DNA of 55,401 bases, counting the filler, from Sphacelaria rigidula (Eukaryota), in the NCBI GenBank assembly GCA_964200075.2. It is 3 parts of 3 records of this genome, joined end to end, with 100 filler letters (N's around TTAATTAATTAA, not from the genome) between each part and the next. Parts side by side here need not be neighbours in the genome. Positions count along the whole stretch, not along the records: positions 37,009 to 55,401 come from CAXNAA020000867.1; 2 more parts are not named here. One strand, 5' to 3'. A model generated the notes under the pieces. It searched no databases, was not told the DNA's origin, and worked only from the letters and a program-made list of their open reading frames with translations. The position numbers were made by a program, and so were the translations under genes. Shown piece by piece: positions 37,009-50,964 of this stretch. How positions within the stretch are numbered: the first letter of the stretch is position 1; each line of letters opens with the position of its first letter.

Positions 37009-37578
37009 AATTGACGATGGTTTGGAATGTGTATCGTAATTTTTGGGGTGTGTGTACTGGGGATGATGTTCGTATCAAAGCCTAGCGCCGGCAATCTACC
37101 ACGAGAAAATCGGTGAATCCGAAAAGCACAATACGCCGATTTTACGTGCATGATGTTCGACGAATTCGTGCGGCATCATGACATCCGTGACTTTTACAAT
37201 GCTGGTTTTCACGAATGCGCAAAAACGAAACAATAGGATTGCCAAGATGATAACTTTTCTCACACGGCAAACGTTGTCAGCTCAACCTTTGCTCACATTC
37301 ACGAAACAAAAAGACAAAAGAGTTCCTGACTGTTACAGCGAGGGTAGGGGGGTTGGCTGAAAAAAAAAGCACCCGTGTCCGACGTTGTGCTTGAGAAGTC
37401 ACTGCGTAGCTTGGAGATATCCTACTATTAGGATGCTACTGAGATGGAACGACCACGAAGGCAACAAAAGCGAACTGCTACAAATACTGGGCAAATATGT
37501 AAACGCGTGAACGGGAAAAGCACGGACTAGAGAGCGGAGTACGTCAGCCTTGTGTCGTATCTTGTTGAGCTTGTATAC

Positions 37579-37686
37579 CTGAGCAGCGTAGCACTTCCTC
37601 GTGTTACTCTCAGCTTGCAGCCATCGGGCGGCGGCATCGAACACGACCGACTCATCGCAGTCCAGCACTTGGTCCGATGATAGCAC
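37579..37686 (-). CDS. BACK domain exon (VLSSDQVLDCDESVVFDAAARWLQAESNTRKCYAAQ); downstream exons not found before the spacer
   Basis: L.SD...E..VF.A..RW BACK motif. Acceptor actcag|, donor |gtatac, 108 nt. Confidence 0.92.
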
Positions 37687-38013
37687 CTGAGTCATCACCC
37701 AGTAATGCCATCCATCATCGATCGGTGTAGGGTAAATGTGCGTTGCGGTCGCCCCATGTTACCGTTGATCGGTAACGGTTCACATGTCACCCAGCCGTTG
37801 GACACCGAGCAGTTGGGAACACGCGGAACCACAGGAGAAGGGGGAAAATAAATCAGATCGCACTCGTGACAAGATGAGAAAACAGCTCAGTAGTGCTCAT
37901 TGGAGTACGACACAACACACAAGAGTAAAACGCCGACCTACAAATGCACATGAACAGTGTGTACTCTACACTTAGATGACAACAAACTGGAGGGAACACA
38001 CGCACACACGCAC

Positions 38014-38214
38014 CTGCGCGAGTTGTTCCTTTGTGAGCGCGCACCAACCATCGGAGCGGGTGGCGAGGGCGAAGTGCTGCACGATCTTGTTGAAGGCTTG
38101 CTCTTTGAGATCCTCGCACTGGTAGCTATCCGCCGCAGCGAACACCGCGCACGCGTTGCCGTGATCCAAGTACGTCGACAGTGCGTTACACATCTGGTTC
38201 TTTAGACCTTCCAC
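38014..38214 (-). CDS. BTB/BACK junction exon (VEGLKNQMCNALSTYLDHGNACAVFAAADSYQCEDLKEQAFNKIVQHF...QLAQ)
   Basis: BACK-domain pattern. Acceptor gttcag|, donor |gtgcgt, 201 nt, phase 0. Confidence 0.93.
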
Positions 38215-39222
38215 CTGAACTCGACGTACACCGTTCATGATACACGGGGAAAACATCCCCAAGTATTGTACGGTATTAACAAGACCATGTCACAATGTGG
38301 CAGTAGCCAACAGGTATTCTTCATACATGTAATAACCGGTCGAGTTAATGCTTTCGACCGCCAACTTCAGGACAGTAGGCACTCAAGTACGAGAGCCTAT
38401 TTTATGCCAAGGGACTTGACGTAACAATACCACATCCACCAACACAGTTCTAAAAAACAAAGCAACTGAAAAAAAAAAGACAAAACATAACAAGGATCCA
38501 TATTGCATACCCGCGGAAATCACAACAGTCAACTGAGCGTAGCTTGTGTAAAAGCTTTCTCCCATCAATTTCGTATATACGTGAATGTAAAATACATGGA
38601 TCCTCAACAAGTGGATGACTCAATTTTCTGCCTGAAATGATCCTTTTGAGACTCTTCTCTGACACCATATCAGCATTCAACGGGATAAATCAGCCAACAA
38701 GAACGAAAAAACAAGAAGCGGAAACCGTGTGTTTAGAGTGCCTGGACCGCTCAACATCGACGTTACAACCCATTTTATCGTCAACCAACACGCCGAGGAC
38801 CACCGACGGAGGTGACAGAGCAGTGTTGCGTATGCTTGCGGGTGCTGTACTCCCCTAGACGGCAGCGTGCCCCGGACACCTTACCTAGCGTATGCTCGAG
38901 CATAATCCCGAGCGCATCAATCGATGCTCCGGGCACGAGCTCACGAATTTGGCAGGGGGTGCACTACACATTCCGCCCTTTACGCTTTCGCATAAGTCGC
39001 ACAAAAAATGCCTTCTCGTTTTTCGGTCTTGCACACTAAAATCAAGTAATTGTAGCGCCTCGGAAGGATTTTCGCTTAAAAAATGACCCTCTTTTGAACA
39101 ACGACGCGTATTTTTCTTGAGGAAAAAACGCATAAAGGGCAAAGCCCTAAATAACATGTCAACGATTGCCCCGCATACGAAGAGTTATTCCGCACGGACA
39201 TGCAGGCACAAGAGCACAGTAC

Positions 39223-39315
39223 CTGATAGCGAGTCGCCAGACACAGGAGGTCCACGACTTGACAGGAAGGCACGTAGATCGGCTTGCAGTACATGTAGTC
39301 CAGAAGGATCTTGAA
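39223..39315 (-). CDS. BTB domain C-terminal exon (FKILLDYMYCKPIYVPSCQVVDLLCLATRYQ)
   Basis: BTB F..LL.Y.Y motif. Acceptor caacag|, donor |gtactg, 93 nt, phase 0. Confidence 0.92.
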
Positions 39316-39490
39316 CTGTTGTCGTTCATATGCCGTGCCGTTCCAGCATGCGATGTGCCGTGTCAGTACCCGATCGTACCGTTTCATATACCCAAGGCAA
39401 CCGAGGGCAATCCAGCAAGAGAGCAGCATAGCAGGAATGGGTGGCGGAGAGGATAAAAAGTTTCAGGTGTGCAATTGAAGTGCACCTTAG

Positions 39491-39842
39491 GGCGCCTCGG
39501 TGGCTCAGTTGGTAACCTCGAAACCTTTTGACGGTTGGGTCGGGGGTTCGAATCTCGGAGCGGTCTGGGATTTTTTCTCACACATTGTTCAACAGTGGAC
39601 AGCGATGATGTCGTGGGTACACAAAAGTCGACTTCATAGTCGACGAGGGGAAGTGACAGCTGAACCCCTCTCGCGATAAAAAATAAAGGCAAGCACCGCA
39701 GAAGAAAGACGGAGTACAAAAACAAGCAATAAATAAAAAACTCCTGTCTTGACCTCCCTCTGTGACCCGCACTGGTGCGCCCACGTATGCCGACAGGTGT
39801 AGGCCGGCGTCTAGAACAGATGGGGCGACAACACGCACACAC
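39491..39842 (+). mobile_element. SINE family A copy inside an intron of the BTB-BACK gene
   Basis: A box tggctcagttgg, B box ggttcgaatc, shared body, acaacacgcacac tail. Confidence 0.9.
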
Positions 39843-40397
39843 TTCTGGGCTCGTTTCAGGGTGTATAGTGTACAGTACACAACGCAAAAACGCCTATATA
39901 TTGAGAGGCAGGGTTGCCAATTCAAGGCGATTGGTGCCGTACACAACCCTGAGCGTTGAAGCAGCTTTTGTCATAAGTGTACAACAGGCCGAAGACGAAA
40001 CCACGCAGTATCCACTGACTCTTGCATGTGAAGTCAAACAGTCCGATGATGCAAAAAAAGTAACAAAAATGAACGGGACGATACGAGCTGTGAAGGGAAT
40101 GAATCCAACACTGCAGCGAGCATGACCAAACGATACAAGTAAAGCTGGGTGAGATGCCATCATTTCTATTTGCTTTTCAGACTCTCTCCGGATAGTACTC
40201 AACGTGATGACGCGACCAAATATACAAACATGGTTTGCAAGGGTCCCGCAATCCCGTATGTCTTTTCAGGAGGGCGTGTCTGGACAGCTCGATGGTGTTA
40301 ATACAGAGCACAAAGCACTGCGCCCAATGATGAAGACGCCGTGTCACAAATGGTGAGATTTTCACCCCAGGAATATGTACACGCATGCATACCACAC

Positions 40398-40574
40398 CTC
40401 TTTGGCCCCGATGTCCCTGAGTACGATTTCGTCTTGCGTCTTTTCTCGCATGCCACTCATCATCATAGCTCCCAGGAATGAACGACTGCACGCAAGGACT
40501 GCCTTGTGCGCGCTGAACTCCTGTCCTTCCACTCGTAGCGTCACATCGCACAACTGCTTGCTGTCGTACAGGTG
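40398..40574 (-). CDS. BTB/POZ domain exon (HLYDSKQLCDVTLRVEGQEFSAHKAVLACSRSFLGAMMMSGMREKTQDEIVLRDIGAKE)
   Basis: Classic BTB signature (CDVTL.V...F.AHK.VLA). Acceptor ttctgcag|, donor |gtgtgg, 177 nt, phase 0. Confidence 0.95.
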
Positions 40575-40976
40575 CTGCAGAATGAACGGATAAACAAAAG
40601 CGTCACGGTTTACACAGCAATCAAAGCAACCTTAGCAGGAGCAGCGGGTGGCGGTACCGTCAAAGCGATTTTGAGTTCGAGCATCTCGTGAAAGTGTCAC
40701 CAAAAACAAGTTTACTCGGCTTCAAAGGATGGTAGGATGGTGAAAAAAACGCCGACTCTTGGCCTAAAGAATAGAAATGTGACTAAACACACCTTCGACT
40801 CTCGGATGCGCCAAAACAAAAGCTAAACAGTACTGGGTACACAAGGATTGTGGAAAATAACGATAAGATTGAGTATGTACTTGGGGGGGGGGGGGGGGAT
40901 ACGACGAAATTTGAGAAACCAGAAAATGAGACGGAGGCCGCAAACATGAAAATGTACACTCCATCAACTTGTTTAC

Positions 40977-41169
40977 CCTCATGCGGTCCATGAAGCCACC
41001 CTGCTCCTCCGGGGTAAGCTGGACCATGATTCGACGCTGGCCGGCCGCTTCCAAGCCTTCACGCCTTATAGTCTCGCTGCGTCTTGTGCGCTTGGTGCCC
41101 ACGGCTGAGCCTCTGGGGGTGGTCTCTGTTTTGTCTTCAGATTCAACAGTTCTCCTCATCGGCGGCAGC
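40977..41169 (-). CDS. BTB-BACK gene exon (LPPMRRTVESEDK...GGFMDRMR)
   Basis: Acceptor tgaaag|, donor |gtaaac. Splices in frame to HLYDSKQLCDV. Confidence 0.85.
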
Positions 41170-42176
41170 CTTTCAGTGAGACGGAAAACGAGTGAAATCC
41201 CGAAATCATCAGAACAAAAAGAAAGCAGCAAAAGCACGAGGCTCATGCATATTTTCATGGACAAGCAACGTAACGTAGATGGTGCGCGAAAGAAGGAGAA
41301 AGGGAATGTCGAAACAGCACAAAACCCGCAAAGCACGTGAAAAGAAAAGAAAAAGCACATACAACAAGAACATAAAATGACTGGCATGTACAACAAGATA
41401 CTGTTCAAGAAATACCAAGTATTACACACGCGAAACGCGATACGTTGGAAAACGGCTTATCAAAGTGAAGGGCGATACGAAAGGGGCTGCTTGGTATGTA
41501 GTGTACACGCCGATCTTTCTCAGTGTCCAGGTATGCGGAGAAGCATGTACGTCACACCGGTCGCCTATACTTCCAAAGCGCGCGCGCGGGGGGGGGGGGG
41601 GGTTAACACTTGACCTTCAAGCACGGAGCCTCGTATCTCCTCAAGGATAATGTGGCCCATTTGACCACCAGCGTTTAGCTTACCCACCTTCTTCTTAGTT
41701 GGCCACAGGGTACCCTCCTGTCGTAGTCCTCATATCGCTCGAATGTCGGTGTACCAGCTCCAGACTACTCTAGAATTAAAAGGCCAGTCGACTGCTAGGA
41801 TGCAGTCTGGCCAGACACATGGTACAGTAGTACATGAGAGTACAGCAGTGTACAGTACAGGAGTATGTTTCACCATCCGTTTTTCTCGATGAACCCATTT
41901 ATTCTCCGGAAGTCCGCAATGAACATCAAGCTCGGCAAGATACTCTCCGATACCTCTATGTGCGGTTGGCGAAATCATTTGTCGAAGAACGGGACGACAA
42001 GGCACTCATCATCGCAGGGTGTGTCATCGCCCGCCACAGCAGAGTGACCATGTTCCCCAACATCACAAAAAGGGACCGGGCTCCCCTCTCGTATTTCACA
42101 GGTGAGAGATACAAGCCGCCTGGGGTACTGTACGCCATGAAACCAGCGCGGAAGCACACCATCACATAAAACTCAC

Positions 42177-42669
42177 CAGCTACTGACTCCACTTGCTGCC
42201 GCACCACTACCCGCAGCCGGATCTTGCTGAAACAACTGATGCGGGTGCTGGTGGTGTGGACTGCCAGGCGGCATTAGCAGACCGTCCCCCACACTACCAC
42301 CGCCACTAACACCCCCAGGACTCATAGGAGTCAACATACCAGCGGCGCTCGCTGCCGGCGACAGCATGCCTCCGCCGCCATCCCCACCGACGGGTGAAGC
42401 AGCAGGCGACGGCAAGACTTGGCCGGAAGGGGTGGTGACAATACCCCCAATGCCGGCGTCGCCGAGGGAACTAGCGCGGCTGCCGGTCTGTCGGGCGCCC
42501 AAGCTCAACATGCCGCCGGGAGGTGGGGCGGGTGAGTGGAATTTTGGGGAGGGGATGGGCAGCGAGTTCTCGGTGGGCGAGGCGTTTGTTGCTCCTGCTG
42601 ATGAGGACCAGGCGGAGGAGGAGGAGGCTTCGCCGGTGTTTTGTTCCCTAGCCGTAGAGTGAAGGTGTG
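42177..42669 (-). CDS. BTB-BACK gene, first visible exon (low-complexity S/P/G-rich N-terminus)
   Basis: Acceptor ttttcgcag|, frame open through MLSLGARQ...SGVSS, donor |gtgagt at 42176. The phase-2 end (TG) joins the next exon (G) to give W-LPPMRR. The true start is unclear (ATG at 42511 or an upstream exon). Confidence 0.7.
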
Positions 42670-42723
42670 CTGCGAAAAGGGTCGAGGCGGCAACGGCGGC
42701 GACAGAAATAGCGGTGTGTGTGT

Positions 42724-42756
<33 letters not shown>

Positions 42757-43229
42757 GGGGGAAGGATGGGGGAATGTGGAGGGCTGGGGGGAAGTAGTCG
42801 GGGGGTTTGGGGGGGGGAGGTGGGTGGGTGNNNNNNNNNNGGGGGGGGGGGTGGGGGGCGGGGAGAGGCGGGCGGCCGGCGAGCGGCGGACCGGCGGTAG
42901 AAGTATCGTGAATCGAGGACTACTGCGGTACAGTACTCGTGAGTATTTCGAGGCGCACTTGCAGTTTGGTTGAGATGCGATTACGCGCACTGAGTGGCAC
43001 TTCGCTTGTGTAGGTAAAGCTACTGTCATGAAGCGATTTCGACAGCGTTAGGCTCGGGCAGGATGCGAGCTGATTTCCGTTCAGGGATAGATGACGCACA
43101 ACATTCGACAACAGCACAGTGCAATGCAGTCACTACGAGGTGTACTCCTGGGCCCACTACAAGTGCAAGGCAGGGTTGACATTCCACATAGATTCAGACA
43201 CAAGCGATGTGGTCAGCCAAGTAGTACTT

Positions 43230-43776
43230 CAGTAGTGGGTGGTCCAACCATTCATTTTGTGGCGTTTTGTGATTTTTTCGTAATTGGCGATTTTCACGGG
43301 CTCTTTCCGCTTGCCACCGCTCATCACATCGGGGATCTTGAGATATTTGTATCCGCTCCACATTCCAAGAAAAACAAATCGTCTGTACTCAATATTGCGT
43401 GACTTACGGGCTGACCGGTCATCGGGGATCTTGCCACGTTTCTGCCTAGATTCTTACTTCTCTGTAATTTCGGTCGATCGAGCCTGTCCCGATCATATTT
43501 GTGAAGAAATGTACAGTTTTATTTTTGGAAATTCTGCTTACCCATTACAACAGGGCCGAAAAACTGTGTTTTACGCTCAATAACACCCTCCCGATGAACG
43601 GGGTATTTACTCGTTTCACCCGATAACGCCAACTGACACTGAGTTGGGCACTGTTTCGAGAATGATCTGTTTATTGTACCAAGATCTACCGACGCTAGCA
43701 ATTCTGACTTCTATCGAAGAGTAGTGCGCGAGGAAATGCCCAAAACACCCCTAAATAGTTAGACCGCCCACCACTG
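43230..43776. mobile_element. MITE with CAGT termini (Tc1/pogo-like)
   Basis: TIR cagtagtgggtggtccaaccatt / aatagttagaccgcccaccactg followed by TA. About 470 bp match 9625-10101 in reverse. Confidence 0.75.
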
Positions 43777-46700
43777 TACTGCTGGAGAGTCGCCATGAAA
43801 AAATTAATATTGAGTGTTGAGGTGGTGAGTAGATACGCGCTCTACAAACCGAGGGGGTGCTCATGACCGACAATTTTAGCGCGAAAATAATTCAAAACAC
43901 ACAAGCGGAGGAGGAGAGGCGAAAAGACGAGACGAGGGTGTTGCACCAGCTGCCGCATATTCGGTCAGCATACCGCCAAAAACGGGGAGCTCCACTCATA
44001 GTAATAGCACGGTGGTCGTATGGAAGATGGTAACTGCCGTGCGTACTGGCGTGTGCAAAATCTTTCACGACGACGGTATCCACCCCGATATTCTCTACAT
44101 GCTACATTTTGGATTCCCGGAACACTGCGGAGCGTATCCAAAAATGTTGATAGATGAAAACCCATGACTGCCCAAGATGAGATCTTTCCACAGGGTGCAA
44201 CCACTGCAGATGCCATCGCCACCTTCGACGCCACAACAATATCACGGGGCGGTCTCGTAGGCACGCCAGCCGTAGTACAGTTCACTTACTGCAGTGTATT
44301 CACCTATCCCGCACTTCAAGCACATGATTCATTATGCGCTAGCGTATGCTCTGCGAACGACATGTACGAATGATACACCTCTACATTTCGGATTCTGCAC
44401 CCGGGTTCGCTTCGGCTGTTAATACTGTAGCGTGCCCCGGTGACGGACAACAGTACAGGGCAGTGCAGTGCAGTACAGCACAGTACAGTGGAGTAGGTAC
44501 AGCCCGTAGTTCTTTACGAAAAGCTCTCGCCTTCAGTCGTACATGCACGTAGAACAAGCCCCTGCTGCTTGGTGCTTGGCTCTCACCGTGTGTCCATCCC
44601 GACGGCAGCCGTCAAAAACCAACACCTACTGTGTTAATAACACCTTCCCGAAAAAATCGCACGGCTGCAAATCTGGCGCACCGAACGTCTATTTCGTTTT
44701 GTTCTGTTTTGTTTCGTTGTTTCTGTTTTCGGTGAGCAAACGACCACACAGCTCAAGCAGCGGTCGGTGAAACACATCAGATGTATACTCTACTCAAGTC
44801 GATCGGCTAAGCGAAGACAATAACTTTGCTCCCTACGCCGAACGGCAAGCAAGGGCTGTGCCTGCTCCCTTCGGCGGATGCATGGTCGGCCACGCATGCA
44901 AAGAACAAGCGTCCGTAATCAACGCCAAAAAACTGAAGTGAGGAGAAGTAGAAAGGGAGCAACAAAATTGCTCTGGCAAGCATTTTGCAAACCAAGCTCG
45001 TGTGAACACGGTCCGAACAAAAAACAGCGCGCGTGAAACCGACAGCGTCAACTAACCCGGCGAGGTGACCTTACTCGATGTTTTTGAACGGAAGACTACG
45101 GTACAGCGGTACAGCAGAAGTAGGTTTACTCTGCCTTCGGAGGTGGCAACGCGACATCGGCGCTCATCCAATAGAACTTTTCTAGGAAAGTTCCTCAGCT
45201 CACTCATTTTGATTGCAACGTAAAGCGGTTCAGGTTTGACTAGGCACCGATTCCCTGCCGTGTTCATGGGTAGACTATATCATGCTGGGTGTAGATCAAG
45301 CCTGGCGCACTATATCAGTGTATACACCGAGGCCCAAGTTGCCAGGCTTGCTTGGGGTTGTCGAGGGCAACTAAACAGCGCTACGACGAGCATAGATTTG
45401 TAGGTGTTTTCGTCATCTCTCGGTTGTGAAAAGTGAAGTTGCGATTCATGTGCAACCACCTTCGTGAGCGCAACTACTACTCGCCTCACGCGCAGCTTGA
45501 TGTCTTGCAACATAGCAGGAATATCGTGAGGTATAGGTGCAGACCATGCACACCTATGCGTATACGCGGGATTGATACAGTGATTTGAATGAGGACGTGG
45601 TCACCTAGAGGTCGTGATGCTCGGACCCACCCGTCAGGCTAGTCGACTGCGATCGCACAATCGCTTCGAATAACGAAAACGGAGCGCAAGATATGTATCA
45701 CATCACGCGCAGAAACCCACTTAAGCGCATCATGTTCTGGGGATCACAAGCTGGCGCCAAAGGCACTACTCAAAACGCGCAACACACTAGACACGAGGTA
45801 GGAATGTCGTAAAGTAGTTATGATCTACAGTAGCTGCTACAGCACATTCATGATGTGGGCAATGACTTAGATGACAGCCGGAGGGAGCGCAGAGACCCAT
45901 CATGCCTGACTGGTGCAGTTTTTGCGTCAAACACTCACGCTCGTTGCAAAGGATCGTCTACTTTGCTTTTTTTTGCTTTGGTGACGGCTGAAAGCAGGGG
46001 GGCTGCAGGCATGAAAGTAAACGGCAACAGCAGCATAATGACAATGTCGCTCACCTGGCGAAGCTGTGAGAGACGACGCAGCCCCTTGGGAAGGCGCGCC
46101 GGTTAGCGAAGAGCTCATGTACTCGTTGTGTCTCTATATCTGCCACGAGTGATGCAAGCGAACAGATGCGATATTTTCATACGCCAACGAACGAACTTTT
46201 GACAACCCACGACCCACATCATTCAAACTGTGCGAAAACGGCCCTTGCAGCGTGCAACGGCCGAAAAAGCGAAAAAGCTCCCATGTTTATTCGCTACCCA
46301 ACTGAGTGTCTACTGTGTACCACGTAGAGGGAATGAATGAATGGCGAAGTGACACATTAGGTTCTACATCGCAACGATATGTACATCTGGTGAGGAGCAA
46401 TAGCAGCTCTCGAAATGCTCGGTGCTGTGTCGTGTGATCAACAGAAAGTGTGACACATTGCAGCAGCCCCAGCGCGAAACACCTGCGATGCGAGGGACGG
46501 TCCAAAATCGATGAGACAGGCTACCCAGTGACCCTGCTCAAAAACACCCCATGGTAGAGTTCTCGAATTCGACAGTGCTAGGCCACGGCCAGAATAAAGA
46601 AATACATACCGGGATCTTCAATTCTTCTGCACTCCAGGCGTGGAATTGGACGGCAGATATTCCCGCTGTAGCTCGCGATATCAGCCTTTATCGTACACCT

Positions 46701-48712
46701 GCTCTACGCTGTTTCACACGCTCAACCTCATCCGGGTCTCCGCTCCTTGTCCAAAAACTGGGAAGTGGGAACCTCCGTACAGCAAGCTATGGAGGCGTTT
46801 TTGAATTTTCTTTTCCGAATGCTGTCGTATTTTTACCAAAGCAGGGACTGCTCAGACATGGCGACCACTATTTTGTAGCCGATGTACCCGTTGCGCGAAG
46901 TACCACCCCGTTGCAAATACATCGTCGCATAAGAAAAGGCTTATTTGCTTGCCCCGGTGCGTTTTTGTACGAGCATCCCGCTACGCTGCAGCTTGTTTCG
47001 ACATTCTAGGATATTGCCAGGGCTGCTGAAAGGGATATAAAGGTTTTGGTGGGACATAATGGTGAGGTTATTGGCTGCAGCTTGGGTCCTGGCTGCTACT
47101 ACTTTGGTGGAGATCGCAACTTCCCAAGGAGCCAAGTGAGCGAGCGAGAAGTTTAGCCCAAATACGAAAACACAGACCGTCTACAAACCTATACAGTAGG
47201 TGTCTCCGTTGGACTTGAAGGCGTGCTCTCGTTCTACTTCCGCTGATGGTGTGCGGGGAAGTTGATGGGTTACGTCAAAATAACTGTACTCTCCACCTGA
47301 GGCACATTTTGCTTTCATCGAAAAGCTTGGTGTGCCCGGCACGCTTACGGCGCCTGAGTCTTGAACTTTTTCAATGTACATGATAATGATGCCGGTTGAG
47401 CGATCAAGATGAAATTTTGCGGAGTGATTTTCTGTGCGGTAGTGTACGGTACTATCTCTTTCCGCAGGAACTGTCCCTGTCGAGACGCGTACTGTACTGA
47501 GAGGATGGACGGTAGGCAGTACTGGGCTGTCCCTGTGTCGACATTTTGTTACACAAAACTGTCTCCACGATACTGGTATTATATTCTCTATTTTGTACAG
47601 ACACGTACTGCTGTATGACTGCTGTCGGTATTGTGCCGTGGATCTGTCTGTGGAACCGTACTCTGCTTAGCTGATAAACCGTTACAAGTAGTACGGTACT
47701 GGATAGGGTAGTTACAGTCGCTGTGCTGCCGGTACTGACGTGTGCTGCAACATCATCATAACAACCGCCTGGTGCACTGCCGCAGCTCTACAAATTGTCG
47801 AGTAATTGAGCACAAACGATTTGGGTTGTACGAATTACTCCGGACATTGCAACAGCACAGCGCCGACTTTCGAATTCACAGAAGCTCGCAGTATGCGTGA
47901 TGGCCCTCCTTGTGACAACTAACTTACCGAGCACATCACCACGCTCGCAATTCGAGTCAGCCAAAAGGTTAGGTATCACGCATTTCGCATGATATGTAGT
48001 TGGCAATGAGCACGGTGGTAACAAACAGAAAAGATCGGCTCCGCTATGCAGCGTTATTCAGCCAGTGATACTGTTCCGAAAGGCGGCCTCGTGCCCTGAA
48101 GGTCAACCAACTCTTTGACCAGTTCGGCATCTTCACCGGAGGAGCAACTGTACTCTACTTACTGTACAGTATACAGTACAGTACAGTGACGGAGGGCGTC
48201 CGCATCAGATGCCCAGTACGAATGTACCGTGCAGATATCGGAACGGTTTTTAATGTGAAGACAACAACAACACAGTCAGTGTTGTTCTTCTGCAACGATA
48301 ATGCACGCTTGTTTCTCACTGGTTTTTTCATTCAATGCTTCGGCTGAAACAGCCATGCTCCACAGCAGCAAGTGTAGTAAGCCCAGACAAGAAACCCTCG
48401 TAGGAAGGGGGCCTATCATCATCAGGACGACTAGCAAGCGCAGGACGAGTGTCACGGTGCAATTTGCAGGCAGTTGCTACTCAAAACCTGCTCGCAGCCG
48501 GACTTACTGACTGAATTGGTACTGCACTCTGTTCTCAATGCTGCGGGCGCCCCCTCTGTGTACAGGAGTACTGTGCTGTACTGCTGACTGCCTGGCGTGG
48601 AACTAGACATGCATGACGTGACATTTTGTCAGATGGTGGAATACGACGTACTCTGCAAGAGCTCGGCGAATCGGAAGTCACCAAACTACCGAAATATTCA
48701 CGCTCGAGCCTT

Positions 48713-49151
48713 CAATGTCGTGTTGGGTAGGGTGTACCCGATATCCGAGCACTTTGAAAAATCTTACTCTTGGTACTCAAGATATTGGGAGAGGATCGAG
48801 ATCGTACCCAACTCCACGCAAAATTTGAGCATTGAGGTCATACCCAAGTTACACTCAGTACCCGGGTATTACCGAGGGTATTATCATTTTTCTGGGTAAA
48901 GTAGTGGGATCATGCCCAAGTGATACTCTACACGCTGGTATTTCTGAGAGTACCCGGTATTTGGTTAGAGTATTCTGACACCAGACCGAAATCTACCCAT
49001 TATTTCAGTCGAGTATTGATATACTCAACCCCACCCAACAATTGGGTAGAACAATAAGGTCGTACCCAATCTACCCATAACTTGGGTAGCGTAAGCACCC
49101 TTGTGTCATACCCGGGCCCGAGTAGCAAATATCCAACCCGACACACTCTTG
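48713..49151. mobile_element. hAT-like MITE with TACCC/TACTC subterminal repeats
   Basis: Degenerate TIR caatgtcgtgttgggtagggt / atccaacccgacacactcttg. Flanks cgagcctt / caaacctt (6 of 8). Confidence 0.65.
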
Positions 49152-50044
49152 CAAACCTTGATTCGCCGTGCTCTACCTTGATATTAGGAGAAGAATGCTA
49201 TAGCGACCACCTCCCTGACTATGAGACTGCCATCATGCCGATAGCGTAAGGTCTACTGCTGACTGTGAACAGATCTTGCCCCTCTCTAGGGAGCTAGCTA
49301 TATAGGGAGCCTGAGCAGAACCCACAGCTCGCGCCAGTGGACAGTTTTTATTCATTTTCGATAATACGGAGGCATTCCAAGCGACGCATTATTCCAGAGT
49401 GTTCGTTCAAGTCGCACCGGTCATGTTCCGCAGTGTAAATCGTGCTGGGCTCAAGAGCAGAAGTCATCGTGGCGAGAGGGGTGATCACAAGTTTGACCGA
49501 ACAGCTGGCTCAACAGGCGTTGGCCCAAGGTCGCGAGAGCAGCACCCCACAGGAGGAACGTCACTGTGCATATCGCAAGTAGTTGCAAGTGAAACAGTGG
49601 CTCTGGAGATAAGTACAGGGCAAAGTTCATACCGTGTTCTCGTACATGCAACCCCCGCCCGGTCTGTGCGCACTGTCATGATGCGGTACTGGCTCCTTGT
49701 TTTTTGTGTGTAAAGACTGCGCACACCATCCACAGCCCCACGTGAATAGCATGCAGATGAGTGTGGGACCTCCGTCAAGTGTACGTTGGCCTCAGGCGGC
49801 TCACGCGAAAGTGTAAGGCTGCCTCCTTCGTTTGAACAGCCTTACAATCGGCAAAGATAGGCAAGTGAATTACTGGCTGTACATGGGGGAAAAACTGGCT
49901 CTTTGGCATACACACAGACTTGTACTTTTGCTCATGAAGAGTCAGGTGCTAAGATCGTCAAATACTCCGCGCCTCCAAACACGCGGAGGTTATCGTTGGA
50001 ACGTATCCGCGACATGCTATTCCCACATGACTTCCTTCTCCCCC

Positions 50045-50680
50045 TATCCTTTTCCCGGGGATGAAATCAACGCATCCCCTCCTTGAACAATGTCATCGGA
50101 AACAGAGTGTTACCCCGCGTTTGAGATGTTTGCGGCCGGACAACAATGCATATGAACACGAGACCGGTACTAATAGTAAGCGTACAATCAACCCTCACAA
50201 CTGATTGATGTCGTTTTTCTCCACGGGGTCACAGACACCCCGGGGAAGATATTGATCCATCCTTTTTAAGACGTGCGCAGGGGTCGTCCTGTACCGTCAG
50301 GGCCTTTTACACACGAATGGCGATGCCCCTGAACACGTGGGAGGCATTGCTCGACCTCACGTACCCGATTCTTCTGCTTAATAAACCCTTGCCCGCCCCC
50401 CGCCCCTCCTTCCCGGGGAGAAAATCAACGTATCCCCTCCCGGAACAATCTCAGCGGAAAGAAGAGTTGCCATCCAACGTTTGAGCCATTTGCGGCCGAA
50501 CAACGGAGAATGTGAACACTTCGCCGGTACCAGCAGAGGTTACTACCGCTGAGATTGTTTTAGCGGGACTACAGACAGCATGGGAGAGATATTGTCCCAT
50601 CCCCTCCTTATGTACTTGCCGGGATCAATATCTACCGTTAGGGGCTGCTGAATACAAATGGCGTTGCCACTGAAGACGCG
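50045..50680. repeat. Diverged tandem duplication, period about 360 bp
   Basis: ttcccgggga..aaatcaacg.atcccctcc..gaacaat and tttgcggccg recur at about 50052 and 50411. Confidence 0.75.
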
Positions 50681-50964
50681 AGTGGTCACTAGAACCTATG
50701 CACTCTGCTTGCTGATTCTTTTTCCCCGCCTCCGACGATGAGATGAACATATCTCCTCCCCAAACACCCTCATTCGGGGGGGCGTATTCCTTGACATGTT
50801 GACCATCTGCGGGCGAACTATATGATGCTCCTGAACGCATAACAGGTGTCAATGTCTTGACACCTTCACTATGTACCCCCCGGATAGCCGGGAGCACCAT
50901 CATTCGATTGGGAGAAGATAGAGCGGTGGAAACCACCCCCGGGGACGGCTTCTCGTGATGGGGG

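Noticed and set aside
42720-42860. G-rich ORFs and possible G-quadruplex
   Set aside because: Homopolymer runs beside a 10 N gap; base calls unreliable.
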